From Podarcis erhardii (taxonomy: Eukaryota): a stretch of DNA of 64,000 nucleotides. Where the stretch lies: the NCBI GenBank assembly GCA_964252035.1, contig OZ176205.1; one strand, given 5' to 3'. This document shows, in pieces, positions 26,625-40,396 of the stretch. The notes below the pieces were generated by a model. That model was given only the letters and a program-made list of their open reading frames with translations. It had not been told where the DNA came from and made no database searches. Each line of letters begins with the position of its first letter. The stretch's first letter is position 1. Made by a program: the position numbers and the translations under genes.

Positions 26625-29600
26625 GATACTGAGAAAATGGAATAAACTGTCATGTGACTGCAGCCATGGTTTCTTTGGGGGAAACAAACCATAAGCACTG
26701 GTTCACACAGAAGACAAAGGCAGCCTCTGGTTTGTTTCCTCCTTGACACACCAAAGGAAGAGTGCAATAGGGACTATTGAGAAGTATGCTCCAGCACACT
26801 GCTCATTCACATAAAGCACTTAATTTTAACTATGGTTTAACATGTACAAACCAGGTCATTATCTTTCTCTCTCTGTGTGGGGATTTTTCAGATTTGAGAC
26901 ATCATATCGGGCCTTTCTATTTTTCCAAACACATCACAGCCCAAGTTCTAACAGTGACAATTCAGATCCAAGGGTAGCAGTGAAGGCAAAGGATAACACA
27001 GGTGGGTACAGCAGACTTGGGCAGAGAAATAAATATATGGTATTGCCTAACAAAGGAGGGTTATATAAAATGGGTGGGGGGAGCAGAAGAAGCTGGGTAA
27101 CAGATTTGATTCATGGTAATGGGAAATATTGTAGGTGGTACCGGTACCTCAAAAGAGGATGCAAAGTTTTCCAAGGAACAACCAAGGATTCATATTTATC
27201 TGGTACATAGCTAGAACAAACAAATTCAAAAGGCTTCCTAACACATTATTCAATGTCCTGAAAACCACAGAGAACATGAGAGACTGAGGCTTGCCCAGGC
27301 TTGTCCCAGCTTGTGTACAATGCATTAAGTAATGGTTTATAGCATGATGTGTTTTTGCAAAACATCACAAAGTTTTCCCAGGGAAAGTGGCAGGACTAAA
27401 AAACAAACAAAACAAACAAAACAAAAAAACAAACCACCCTCTCAGAGCCCTGATTAGAAAGCATGGGACAAATGGAAGAAATCATGGGATGAGCCCTAAG
27501 TCATGCTCATTAATTTCAATGAGTTTACTCTGAGTAAGACTTAGTTGAATACCACCCAAAGCTTGAAGCTTATGTGACTTACCAACTATGATGGTAGTAT
27601 ATTTCTTCTACTGGTAAATTATTTTGCGAAAAAGGAAAACATACACATCTAAATGACCTAATTATTATAATATTGCACACAACCCAGTACTCTGTTGGAT
27701 TTTAAGTAAATGTTATTAGTGACATATGACAAGTGAAACAGAGTCAAGTCTTAAATGAGCAGCAATTGAAGTCAATTCCTAGCTTATATAGCACTTTCTT
27801 TTCTTGGGCCAAGTTCACCCTGGATCACTAAAACATAGACATTTGAGAGGACCTAATGTAAAAACTTGTGCATTTCAAACTCCGCAAAAAAGCAGAGCTC
27901 ATCAAGACTGTATGCACACTTCATTATAGGAATGATTCACTCAGAGAAACTGTGAAAGGGTTTAATGGCTGGCTTCATGACTTTAAAATCAATGGTAATT
28001 TTTCCTCCTTGTGAATCAAACTGGAATTGCGCTATTAAACCATAACCTAATGGCTTTATCAGAACACCAGTAGGAAGTAACATGTATAAGCAGCTTTCAA
28101 GTTATTGACAATAAATTAAAAATATCCTGAATAGCACTAATGGAAGATTATCACAGCCACGCAGAGTTGAAGTTCTGCCAACAGTATAATGAAGATACAC
28201 TCTATATTCGTAGCCAACAGACCTTTCTCAGACTCTCTCTGGGTCTTCTCACATTAAGCGCTCAATTCCGCAGTACTTACTTACAACAAAAGTTTGATCA
28301 CAGGAGGACATCAAATGTATTAGAGGACACCCTCTCTTTTAATTCCACCCAAATAAGTGAATATAAGTTATTTTGGTTCCCTAGCCCCCCTAAAATCAGA
28401 ATCAGGTTGTGTTCAAAGATGAGAATGAATTATAAAAAATGTGCATTTGGTGTCAGGATCTTTGGGGGTTCTGAGTCAGAGTCCCAAACTCACACAATAC
28501 CATGGCCCATGAACATTTAGGCCCCGGAGCCATCTTTCTTACATATAATAAGGTAAAAGTGTTGTTGTGCTGTAGTTTGCTTGGCCACAGATAGGGAGCA
28601 CTGCAAAAAAAATTATGATGAGAGGCAGTGGATGGGAAGTCCAGGCAAGCCATAGAAGGGCAGGCAGAACAGGCTGCAGCCTTGCACTGCCCCCCTCCAC
28701 TGACTCCTCTGCTTGCCAGCCTCAGGGACTTTGCCCCTAGGATCCAGATCCCCAAGCCAGCTAGCCCTGTGCTAGCTGCTTTCCTCCTCCCTGGCCAGCC
28801 TCAAAACCCACTGCTGTTTCCACCACCGTTTAGCATCAAGAGCAACGCAGGGGTGAGGAAGGCGCCCAGAAGTGCCAGCTGGCCTTGAGATCCAGAGCAG
28901 TGGCATGAAGTAAAAAGGAACAAGGAAGACGCCCAGAAGTGGTAGCTGGCTGTCCTTGGAATCCATGGAAAATGGAAGGTCTAAGCTGCCCCACCTTGGC
29001 CCTTTCATCCTCTGAAAGAAAAACAAACACGTCCAACTACTCTCCCTAACAATGTCAGTACTTCTCAATTTGCCTCAGTGCAGCCTCTAGGTTCTTTGTA
29101 GTCATCTTCCAGCATCTTTCGTCTGTCATGATGTGCTATCTTAACAATCGCCAGTGTTCCAGCTCCCTTAGAAAACCTTAATGCCTTTTTTGCTTTTTAC
29201 CTCGATTTCTTTAAGTGTCTCTCACCACAGCTTTTAATTACACTACTTTCCAGCTTGACTTACACACAATGTTTTTACTTCCCTCCCAACCTCTTAGCCC
29301 ATCATTAGAAGTGTACTGTAGACTCCTGCTTAAAGTTTCTGGTTTTTTTCCTTAACTGTCATGTTCCAAGGCTGAACCTTTGACCGTCCTGTGCAAAACT
29401 TCCAGAACATTCCCTAGTACTTCATGTGAGTTTTTGAGCCTTTAAAGCAAAAGCTATTGTTGGACAAGTTTTAACAGGAAACCCAAACTCAAAATGTTTG
29501 AAAGGCCTATTCTCAGGGGCAAATACTGATTTCCTGTTACGTTCATATCATTTGAGGAATCTACCACTACATCATTATGATGTTTTTTCAAAAGGTATGA

Positions 29601-32600
29601 GCAATTTTAATTGACTCAAAAGTGCCAGGTGCCCCATTGGCCTTTGTGCTTTGACATTCTCCCTGTTCACTACTGGCAGCTGATTTACCATGCATTCCCT
29701 TTTCCTGTTAAAAGCACTACTGTGGGAAAAAAGTCCACTTTGAAGCTATTCTAATGGAAGGAGCAAGACACTAATTGCATGGACTTCAGAATTGCATTAG
29801 GCTAAATGAAACTACAGGGTTGACAAAGAGGGAATAGAGGCTTTTGGAACAAATGGTGATTCAATTAATGATGCTAACATATAAAAGCTTTCAATAGAAT
29901 AGAAGGAAGATAGGAAAGGCAACTATCAGATCGCACGATATACAGAATGAAAGGGGGGAAAGTATAATATACAAGTATACTTTTGATACAATAATGATAA
30001 AAAAATCCTCCAACATATTCACAGAACCCTGTCCAAATCAAATAGGCAATGTCAAAATGATACAACGGCACACATCAAATGTAGTTGTTCTGTCCTTCTT
30101 AAGCATACATTTCATTTGCAAACAGCCTGATCCCATTTTGCAAAGCCAAAACGCTTTCACCTGATCTCTTATAGCCATTGGCATGAGGCAACAGTTTCTA
30201 AACTTGATGCAGCCTTGCTTTGGCTTTTAGGGGGAAGTGTGACAGAGACCAAATGAGGATGCCATAGGACAGAGCAGGGAACCTTTCTTTAGCTCAGTGG
30301 GCCAGATCCTTATCAGGACCGGTCTCACGGGCCAAATTTGACAGGTGGGTGACACCATCTGCCAATTAAATGACATAAATATGATGTCACATGATCGACA
30401 GGTGGGCATGGCCATGCACCTTTAAAAAGCCATGCACCCTTAGGCAGCTTTGCAACTCTCCTTCTACTCCCCATTTAAACCCCTAATTCCGGATGTTAGG
30501 GTGAGCATGGGGAGCTTTGCAAAGGCTTTAAAGCAACCCCTGTGTTCCTCCTTGAGTGTCAAAAAAATAGAAGACAGGCCTAAATGTACATTCCCAATAT
30601 TGAATGTAACTTCATTGTACTCAAGGTGGTGCCAGGTAAATGTGGCTTAGGCCCCAAAGTCCTTGGCAGATAACAGGAATCCACACCTACTTTGCAGTTG
30701 GCTGCGATTTTTATGGATTGGCCTTGCTGGCCTCCTTCTGGACCCCACCTGTAGAGCGACATCAGTGATGAATTGCATTTTGCATATAATAGGTTGTCAA
30801 GACAGCGCCACACCCTTAGGACATTTTACATGCATACTTACTGTATTTTTAACAGGGCAGTGGAGGTTAATATTATTTTTCCATCCAGGTATATTTGTGT
30901 AACATTAAATATCACTCACTGCACGGCAAAGTATTGTTCTAATTAACCAAAACTGAGCAAAAGAAATAATGTAGTAAAACTGCAGCTGTGGGGCTACTTG
31001 GCTAGTGCAATTTCTACTTAGAAAAATAAGCTGCTGTCTCCTGAAGAGTGACTTTCAAAATAACCTAAAGAAAAAGGACAGCGCTTTTGTCTCACAGGTA
31101 TTAATGATGGAACATGATAGTAAGCTCTGATCTATCACATCAGAAGCAGCCAGCCTGGAAGAGAAAAGGAATGAAAATACAAGAGGCACTAAAAGAAAGC
31201 AAGGGAGGTCACTAAAATAGTGTAGCTTTCGCAGTCACCTGGGATGCATCAGAGGAAAAAAGCATAGATCTTGGAAATCTTCCATTACTGTATCTTGAGA
31301 TACAGAAAAAGTACTCTTTTAATGCACAAAATGCATATGGAACACACACAAACATACAACAAAAAGCAAATCTATCAGCACTGATCCAATTTACCCAGTT
31401 ACGGCAAGGAGCAAGAACTGTGTTATTCCCTTGTAATTTTTTTGGTTGATGTAGCTAGGAGGTTTGCCAAGCCAAAATAAACTAAAATATTTAGCCTAAT
31501 ATATGTTGCATTTTGGATTCTTATTTGTAAACCACAACACATTCTGTGTAAATCAAGGTTCATCTGAAGCACCGCTCTCAATATCCAGTTTCCTGGGGAA
31601 AACACCACCAAATTTCAGTGAGATAGCACCACTAATGAACTATGTTACGGTTACATTTTCAACATATCCATTCTCAGCTGGGAGGCATTTCATCTGCAAC
31701 ACAGAAGATGATCTCACTCTCTACACACATACGTAACTATGTACAAACTGATACTGGATTGCAGAAAAAATAAAGTTCCCCAAGATCAAATAGATGGTTC
31801 TCTCTGGTTCAGTCCATTAGCAGGAAGGATGTGCTCCTCCAGTTGCTGGACTGCTAAAACTGTATGCCATCTGAGCAAATATTTACAAATGCAGCAAAGG
31901 AACTGTTGCTCAAGCATTTATGTAAAAGCTACTAGTCGTCACGATGGCTATACAGAATCTGCATATCCGGGGCACCATGCCTCAGTGTACCAGTTTCTGG
32001 AGATCAACAGTTGGAGAAGGCTATTGCCTTCATGTCCTGCTTGTGAGCTTTCCAGTAGCATCTGGCTGAACACCTGGGAAGCAGGATGAGAACCTCCACA
32101 CTCACACCAGGGCAACTGTGAAGGTCAGCAGTGTTACAAAAGTTAATTGTTTCTGACAGAACAACCAAGTTGTTGAGGGGCTGGGGCGGGCAGGCAGAAA
32201 TTGCTTGGGGGATGTATATGAACTGTGGGCCACTGGTTAGTTACCCGTGGTAGATTTAAAAATATGGCATTTTTCATTTGTTTTCACACATGTTCAGACT
32301 AGGTTAGCAATTTCTTTCCACCATTTGTCTATATGCCACCATAAACTTTACCATTTTAGAGTTAAAAGAGAAACCTTGCTTAAATTGTGTGGACATTTTG
32401 CTTATAGCTTTTGACACATTGCTTAAAGCTTTCTACAGAATGACCTTCCGATTCTTTCCACTCAGCATACATTTCAGCTATTTCTCACATGGAAACTACT
32501 TTTCTAATTACCTGCATTGACAAAAGGAGCTTTTATTATGGACACAGGAGGAAACCTGGGATATGATTATGTTTGATTAAGCTTCACTATGACTGAAGCT

Positions 32601-33864
32601 GATTGTTTGACAGCTACCTAAAATTCTGAAAGCAGAGGTCAGAAATGTGAATGCATAAAGTAATATCTACTAAAGTCTGACTGGTTCCATGCTGCAGCCC
32701 TATAGCACTACCAGGCAGTACTGGAAATAGATCTAAAAGGAGGTTCCACACAGTATTTAATATTGTGTTATACCATCCAGGAATGTCTTTTACCATGGTC
32801 AGTATCCATTATGTTTATTCACAGGCAAGTCCTGTTCAGCAAAGGCTCTTTTCAATGATAATTAAAAGCTTCCTGCTTGGGGTTGTAGCCATTTTACTGC
32901 TTCATATTCAGTGGTGCTGAAGGATTAGTGAATTGCCCCTTAATTTCCTCATCTGTAAGCTTCCTTTCATTTTTAAAAATAGCAAAATAGAAAACAGGAA
33001 GCTTTGGGTAAAGATGAAGTAGCCCTGAAAGATGTCAATAGCAATTGTCTACATTAGACAGGCTGGCAATGCAATTGTGTTTTTATTGCCACTCCCCCAA
33101 CTGAAAAAACCCTTGGGAAACAGGAAAAAAAAAATACTGGAATACATTGACCTAATGATGTTCATTTGAATTCTTCATAAAACTGAGGGGCAACATAGAA
33201 GCAACAAGGCACTTTTGAGACACACAAATAGGATGTAAGGCAATATTCTGTAAAGGTAAATTGCTACAATTCTCAGATTGTGACTTCATTTGAAATTATG
33301 AGTATACCACATAGCTCTGTGGATGTCTTGCAGACAAATTCACCACATTATAATATCTAAAATCTTTTTCATGAATACCCAGACATAAAGGCAATCAGAA
33401 ATTCACATGTGCTCATGCAACAGCTGGCAGCATGATAATGAGCAGTGCACACGCACACAAAGGGAAACATGAATGCGCAGATAGCAACACGTAGCCTATA
33501 GCATATTCCTTAACAATAGTGTTTATTATTAAGTCTAGATGGAAAACCATGGGTCTCTGCCCTTTTTATAGATATCTTCCAAAACCAAGCTTGTTTCATT
33601 AAAAGAAAAGTTATGCCAATATTTTTTTCCTTTGTTTGTTTTAGCAGAACACAGTCTAAAGAACCTCATTAAGAGAGGATATATTTCACTTTGGTACTTG
33701 TATAATAAGGGCAGAGTGCACATCGTCAGTGAAGAGATGGATGACATTTTCTCCATGCATGGCATAATTCCTCCATCTGAAGCAGCAGCACGCAAAGGCA
33801 GTAAGGCTTGGAATGGAATGTGCCTCCAAAATGCAGCACATTGTGGGGCTGAACCCCATCTCAC

Positions 33865-34005
33865 CTGGACTTGTCTGAAAGGTTACGTTCGAGCTGATAG
33901 TATCATTCCCTTTGAGAAAAACCCGCACTATGTACTTCTCCCCAGGAGTCAGGTCAACCAGCTCCAGAAAGCCTTTAGCAGGGGAAGATTTCACTGTTTT
34001 GTTAC
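33865..34005 (-). CDS. NFASC: NFASC exon: second half of FNIII repeat 5, 141 nt, phase 1 to 1
   Basis: gtttctcag|GT AAC AAA...AGT CCA G|gtgaga; SNKTVKSSPAKGFLELVDLTPGEKYIVRVFLKGNDTISSNVTFQTSP, with the FNIII L.P...Y..RV signature. Confidence 0.9.
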
Positions 34006-35863
34006 CTGAGAAACAGAAACTTCATATCAAAGGCAGCTAGCAGGAAATGCAGATTACTCTGTAGGCAAACATCCCTAATGCCCGGTCCAGCTACTGACTC
34101 GACACATGTCCCTGCCGATGACACCACTGACTAACACAGAGTGAACACCCAGAGTTTCTGGCACCATCAGTTCAAAGTTGAAGGGCTCATTTACAGAAGC
34201 TCCCTCCACTTGTATGTAGGAGAATTATATTTTCCAGACACCATTTAATCTAACGGAGCACCTGCTTTGGCATCATAAGGCAGCCAGCAACCAGATGGAA
34301 GCTTATCACATTACTGGTTCAGCGATTTTGCATAAAACTAGATGTGGGGGAAAAAACAACAACAGAAAAAGAAGGAAGACTTTGTACAGCCATCTCTGGG
34401 AAATTCTTACTTGGAACAGAAAGCGACTGGCATAGGCTTTTTGCAACTCGCAAGTGCCAGATGTGCCGAATCAGTAACAACAGCAACTCTTTCTCTGGCA
34501 GCATGCTTCTGATGCATAAGAACTGCCTATTCTGAATAGACCTCAACACATTTTGCAAAAGATGTAGAAAAAGTCACTTCTAAACTCTTATTAATAGCAT
34601 GCACACAGACCACAAAGTCAAATTATATTAAAGGTACACTGCTAAAAGCATTCAAACATAAAGTGAATAAAAAGAACCCTGTTTGCAAACTCCAGTGTAG
34701 GTACCCTTATGAAATTGCAAGTATTCCAATACTTCAGGAGTTTTGGAAGTGCTTGGATGCTGTGTTAACTTAACCTTAGCAAATCATTAGGCATGGAAGT
34801 CCCTAATCGGCAATGTTACAGACGTGTATGAATCTACAAACATACTTTTGCTAGCAATGGCTAGGTTAATGAAAGCACCAGGCCTGAGAATTGAAATCAC
34901 GGGAGTCCTTTAAAGAAAATCCAAGCAGCTGGCTTTGACAAACCTAATTTATCAAAGTACTACAAAACTGGAAGCATGAGAAGCTTCCCAAAGAAAAGAA
35001 GATTCCTTTTCCCACTCTGTGACAATGCAGCAGCCAGCTGAGTGGAATACAGAGGAATCCTCCAAATCATATCCACACAATGGGTGTTACATTGACTGCT
35101 TACTATTTAATCATGCTAGATGCAAATTCCTAAAGGGTCAGTTCTTGATTACTTAATTTAAAAATCTAAACACAATACTGTATTGATAATTTTATGGAAC
35201 CAAATCCTAGAACAGGACTTGGCCCAGCAAACTAAAACCAAGGAAAGCATGTCTAGGGCACATATAACTTGCCCCCAAAGCTATAAGGTTGACAGTCAAT
35301 GTTTAATTCTTTGACCAGTACATAAGTACTTAAAAACTGCAGGTAGCATGCCAGCAGGAAGTACAGTGAGGTATGAATGGCTTGAAAACAAAATTTATGT
35401 AGATAACTAATTATAAATCTCCAACTAAAACGAAATGTGATCATTACTATTAACCACCAAATTATTTGCTATAGAGGGGATCTATAGATTTTTGTATCTA
35501 TTTCTGCTTCTTTCTACGGCACTTACAGCCATCACAGATTCACTTAGGGTAGTGTTTTTTAAAAAGCAGGTCCTTTTTAGGATGTGTTATTCTGAATCCT
35601 CCACTGAAAGGAGTCGGCAGTTATTGTGTTTAAGAGAACAGCAACATAAAACACAGTGTCAATATAATCTGAAGGACAAGTTAAATGCCATGCCTTTGGT
35701 CTCCCCCCCCCCAAAAAAAAAAATCCTCCATGCACAAATTAAGCAGTACAATTAGTTACACTATAATGAACATTGCATGAAAGGTCCATTAAACCTCTGA
35801 GAGATGACAGAATCTCTGGTGACATTAAGGACCCTGCAGAATTCTCGAGCTCCCAATGCTTAC

Positions 35864-35983
35864 TGTTGATATACTCAACCACAAACTCAGTTTCAGGATC
35901 AAATGTGTGGTTCCAGGTGATGTTTGCCCAGTTACTGTTAGGTGAAGCTTTTACATCCCAGATAGGCTGCTTTGCACCACCAG
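35864..35983 (-). CDS. NFASC: NFASC exon: first half of FNIII repeat 5, 120 nt, phase 1 to 1
   Basis: gttcgccag|CT GGT GGT...ATC AAC A|gtaagc; [40 protein letters not shown]. Confidence 0.92.
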
Positions 35984-36359
35984 CTGGCGAACAGGTTAGA
36001 ACAGAGGTTAGTAAACTGGATTATGAACAGAGAGATGCATTCTAACCGCATGCCCAAATTTAAATGAATTGTTTTCCTTAGAAGGAAATGCAGAGCATCC
36101 TCCTCCTCCCCACCCCTACCAGGTATAGCACACAACAGACTGTGGATGCTTCAACATTACCTCACATAACACAAACAAAAAAACATTGCAAAGCCATTTC
36201 AATTCATACGTCACTTTAGTAATGAGAAGAACTTTTTGGGGGGTATATCTAAATATATCCTTTGAAACAGCAAGGTTTGCATATAAATTACATATAAAAA
36301 TGTACACCTGGATATATGCCCATGCTAATACTCTCTTCAGCCATAGCCATTTTCTCGTG

Positions 36360-36463
36360 CAGCCTTGAACAACCTGGTGCCCCCTAGATGTTTTGAACTA
36401 TTACCAAAGGTGATGGGAGTTGTAGTCCAAAACATCTGGAGGGCACCAAGTTGGTGAAGGTTG
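36360..36463. mobile_element. hAT-type MITE with internal deletion
   Basis: cagccttgaacaacctggtgccc...gggcaccaagttggtgaaggttg inverted ends; tgatgggagttgtagtcc core. Confidence 0.65.
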
Positions 36464-37049
36464 TCACTGCATCAGCAAATTGAGAGGTACAACATTTTCA
36501 AAATGGCCAAGGATACAGACATCAATCTTTCTGCCAAATTATCTTGGGAGAAGGATAATGGCCCTAGATGGACGTCATGTGTCCATACATCTATAAGAGA
36601 ACAAATCACCTTAGGAATTTTAGTGCCACAAATTTATGAGCCACTTGCCTGTCAAAAGCAACACTTTACAGGGCAGGGTCAACTCAGATGCCTAATTTTT
36701 ACAGGGCAGTGCAGAAGGTTACGTTCCCAGCCCTTATGCCAATTCCTACTTTGCAGGATTATAGAAATCCCACATAGCAGCTCCTGATGGTCTACGTAAC
36801 TAGACAGGCAGAGATTTGTTAATGATGATCTATTTCAACATTGCACCAAACCAAGGTTGAATTCATTGCCAATTCTCACTGTTTTAAAATTGAGGAAATA
36901 CTGGAAAGCAAAATGTTCTTGTCACTATTCTGGATAGTGGGTAACAGAATTAGTTGGTTTTAGGTCAAGCTAGTTTGTGACAACATCAGTTTAACTGGCT
37001 TCAATCCATTAGTTTAGAAACTCTGACTATTGCATTAGGCTTAAAGTCT

Positions 37050-37145
37050 ATACATACTTACCTGGGAGTAAGTCCCACTGAATTCAGTTGGAGTAAGTCC
37101 CATTGAACTCAATGGGACTTACTTCTGAATAGACACGCAGAGAAT
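37050..37145. repeat. Short palindromic squamate repeat (agtaagtcccattgaactcaatgggacttact), partly duplicated
   Basis: Palindrome at 37092-37123 with a partial second copy at 37067-37090. Related decayed motifs near 27500-27560 and 37455-37480. Confidence 0.55.
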
Positions 37146-38349
37146 TGTTCTATTGCTACAATTCAATATATCTTTGACATGAGAACACATTCTTCAGCAA
37201 TAAATACAGCCACTTTATGACTTAGAAAATGACAGTTTCCTCCTCAGTTATACTTTTATGTCTTTACAAAAAGCTATTTCTAACAACAACAGTTCAGTTT
37301 TAAAAATGTCTATAATTTCATATCTTGATCCATCAATTACCACTGCATGCTCATTCATGCAACATTTAGTTTTGAGCCACAGCTGAGAAATCCTTGCATC
37401 AATAAATTGCAAGCCAGGCACCAAGTTCATATGCCTATGCTTAGAATATACATGAGCATTCCCATTGACTCCAATGAGACTCCATGCATGCAAGAAATTT
37501 GAAGCTGGGCTTAATCAGAACTACTTGAGTTTGCTTTAACTTCTCTTCAGGAGTATAAATTTACTGCAAACCATGAGATACTACATGTTTGTTTGTTTTT
37601 AAAGTGGCTAAGCAAAATGAGGCATTGTGCCCCAGTGGTCAGTCAAAGACCTTTTTCTGGATGTGTTCCTATTTCAGATTGAGGTATTTATATGCAGTAG
37701 ATGTGGGCTTGGTTTAATAACTGTGCCAGTAAGTTTGACACATGTTGCATTTTTCATACAGGGCAACCAAATATTTGCATAGTGAACGTTTGGATGTGCA
37801 CATCATTTGTTGGTAGGGACCTAGCAAGATCTCTCTGCAGAAGCCCTAAGAAGCAGTTCTCTTATGTAAAGATATTTTTTTTTAACACTGAAAAGCATCA
37901 TATGGTATTTGCCAAGTCCCATAATGAAACAGATGCATTAATTAATGCAACCACTGCTTTTACAACATTGTAGGGATGACAGCCAATTTAGCCCACTAAA
38001 TTTTGTTATAGTGTATTTGCTGTACCTGCCTATCCTAGCCTACCGAAAGCAAGGAAAACTCTTGTGTTATACATGTGCATAAAGAAAGCTGACCTGTCTC
38101 TCTGAAGAGCAAATTAATCTAAAGTAACTTTATCACGGCAACATACTGAGACCTTGAATGCACAACCTAAGGATTACTTTTCATTTGCTGCTAATCTTTT
38201 ATCACAGCACTGAGAAACTCTACGTGTTGGATGGTTTTCAAAGCAACCATACCTTGATGTTAAACCTGAATTACAGGCTTAAAAAAACCTGACAAGATCC
38301 AAGTATGGATTGGACGACTAATAGAAAAGGAAAGATGAAAACACAGTAC

Positions 38350-38574
38350 CAGAATCCTCTACTGGGATACCTATTGTGCTAGCAATAATTGTGGTGATGG
38401 CTGCTTCTGTGGTGGTTGGAGCTTCTGTGGTGGTTGGAGCTTCAGTAGTGGTTGGAGCTTCTGTGGTCGTGGTTGTGGTGGTAGCTTCTGTGGTGGTTGT
38501 GATAGTAGTAGCTTCTGTGGTGGTGGTGGTGGCCACAATGGTAGTAGGGCTGATGGTTGTTGGAGAGATTACAA
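38350..38574 (-). CDS. NFASC: NFASC exon: mucin-like PAT (Pro/Ala/Thr-rich) domain, NF186-type, 225 nt, phase 1 to 1
   Basis: ttctcccag|TT GTA ATC TCT CCA...GAG GAT TCT G|gtactg; VVISPTTISPTTIVATTTTTEATTITTTTEATTTTTTTEAPTTTEAPTTTEAPTTTEAAITTIIASTIGIPVEDS. Confidence 0.9.
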
Positions 38575-39400
38575 CTGGGAGAAGGAAGTGTAAAAACTAC
38601 ATTTTGAAAAGTATTTAGATTTTCCAGTTCTTTGGCTTTCTCATTCCCTGAAGCTAGGCGTGCATGCAAGATATGGCAAAGTGGATCAAGTCACACACAC
38701 ACACACACAAACAAACACAAAACATACAATTGAGGGGCAAAAAGAACGAAGCCATCTGCAAAGAGGGCAACAAAGCCTGAGTTTCACTTTCTTTCCTCGG
38801 CACACTTTTGACTAACAACAGTTAATGCAATTCAGCTGCAGAGTGGGCAGGTGTGGGAGAGTCCTGGAATCCATCAAATAAAGGCGCATGCAAAACCTTC
38901 TGTAGGCAAGTGCACTGTAAACATATGGGCAAAGCAGCAGAAAGTGGGAGGCATTGGCTTAAAACAAATACTTGCCCACAAACATGCTATTTGTTTTTAG
39001 GTTCCATTCACTGACTGAACAGAATGCTTCTCTTGGTTGTGAGAGCATTAGGGCACTCCAGCCCCTGTGGACAGCAAATATAGGCTTAACTGGATTGAAA
39101 AGCAAGAAAATGCATACATATCTCCATGAGAGAACATGAGAACGGGCCTGACTCCTCAAAATGAAGCAACTTGTATGATACAGCAAGTAAAGTTTTCCTC
39201 CCTAGACACTGAAATAGGAAACTTCAAGAAACAATGCAGAACAAGAAACTGTAATTCAGCCTTTTAACGTTAAGACATGTGGAAACCACAAATAATGAAC
39301 TTAACTTCTAAGTGGTTTTCACCATTCTAAAGCTACTATGTTTAAAACATAGCTATTTTAAGACTCAGTAGGTTGCCAAATAATACATCTAAAGAAAATA

Positions 39401-39569
39401 CCGTATTTTTCGCTCTATAACACGCACCCGACCATAACACGCACGCAGTTTTTAGAGGAGGAAAATCCGTAGGCATGCCACCCGTAGGCATTTCCTCCAT
39501 AACACGCACAGACATTTCCCCTTACTTTCTAGGAGGAAAAAAGTGAGTGTTATGGTGCAAAAAATACGG
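39401..39569. mobile_element. Tc1/mariner (pogo/Tigger-like) MITE, same TIR family as 24890
   Basis: ta|ccgtatttttcgctctataacac...gtgttatggtgcaaaaaatacgg|ta. Confidence 0.85.
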
Positions 39570-39749
39570 TACATCATACAGTTTCACGTGTGAATGCACT
39601 TATAATGTGATCCTGTATATATCTGGGCCTTACTCCCAGGTAAACTGATCACAGCTTTAGCTCATCAACATGTATTTGCTTTTCAAACATACATAAGAAA
39701 TAAATATAAATAGCCTTTATGTATCCCCCTGAATATTTCTGATATTTCC

Positions 39750-39995
39750 TATGGTGGCTTCCTGCTTCTGGAATACTCTCCCCAGGGAGTTCACCAGGAA
39801 CCTTCGTTACCTATCTTTAGGGGCCAGGCAAAAACGTTCCTATTCACCCAAGTCTTTGGCTAATTAAACAATCTATGGCCTTTTAAAGTGTGTATGGGGT
39901 AGTTATTATTTTTGTATGTATTTTTGTGTTTTTATATTGTGAACCACCCTGTGATCTTTGGATGAAAGGCGGTATAGAAATTTTATAAATAATAG
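39750..39995 (+). mobile_element. Decayed L2 LINE 3' end
   Basis: gtggcttcctgcttctggaatactctccccagggag (VASCFWNTLPRE), then a typical ttgtgaaccaccctgtgatc...ggcggtatagaaat tail. Confidence 0.6.
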
Positions 39996-40053
39996 TAATA
40001 AGAGTAAGAACTCTTATACACATGGGACTTAGCTCAGGGTTAAAATACTAAAG

Positions 40054-40396
40054 AGACGCGGGTGTCACTGTGGGTTAAACCACAGAGCCTAGGGCTTGCT
40101 GATCAGAAGGTGGGCAGTTTGAATCCCCGTGACGGGGTGAGCTCCCGTTGCTCGGTCCCTGTTCCTGCCAACCTAGCAGTTTGAAAGCACAAAGTGCAAG
40201 TAGATAAATAGGTACCGCTCCGGTATGACGGCATTTCCGTGCACTGCTCTGGTTCGCCAGAAGTGGGTTAGTCATGCTGGTCACATGACCCAGAAGCTGT
40301 ACGCTGGCTCCCTCAGCCAATAAAGCGAGCTGAGCGCCGCAACCCCAGAGTCGTCCGCGACTGGACCTAATGGTCAGGGGTCCCTTTACCTTTACC
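40054..40396 (+). mobile_element. Full-length Sauria SINE
   Basis: Head gacgcgggtg..gggttaaaccacagagcctagg, tail ggggtccctttacctttacc. Perfect 13-bp TSD TAAAATACTAAAG (40041-40053, 40397-40409). Similar to the copy at 60104. Confidence 0.9.

Noticed and set aside
29060-29420. Purine-rich minus-strand stretch resembling decayed coding sequence
   Set aside because: Stops in all frames examined and no recognisable protein motif
32100-32135. Possible extra microexon (ctgctgaccttcacag|TTGCCCTGGT|gtgagt) between FNIII-5 and the TM exon
   Set aside because: Only 8- or 10-nt versions are possible, and both shift the frame; no known counterpart
37054-37065. ATACTTACCTGG identical to the U1 snRNA 5' end
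   Set aside because: Only 12 nt match and the rest of U1 is absent; better read as a minus-strand 5' splice site in a repeat
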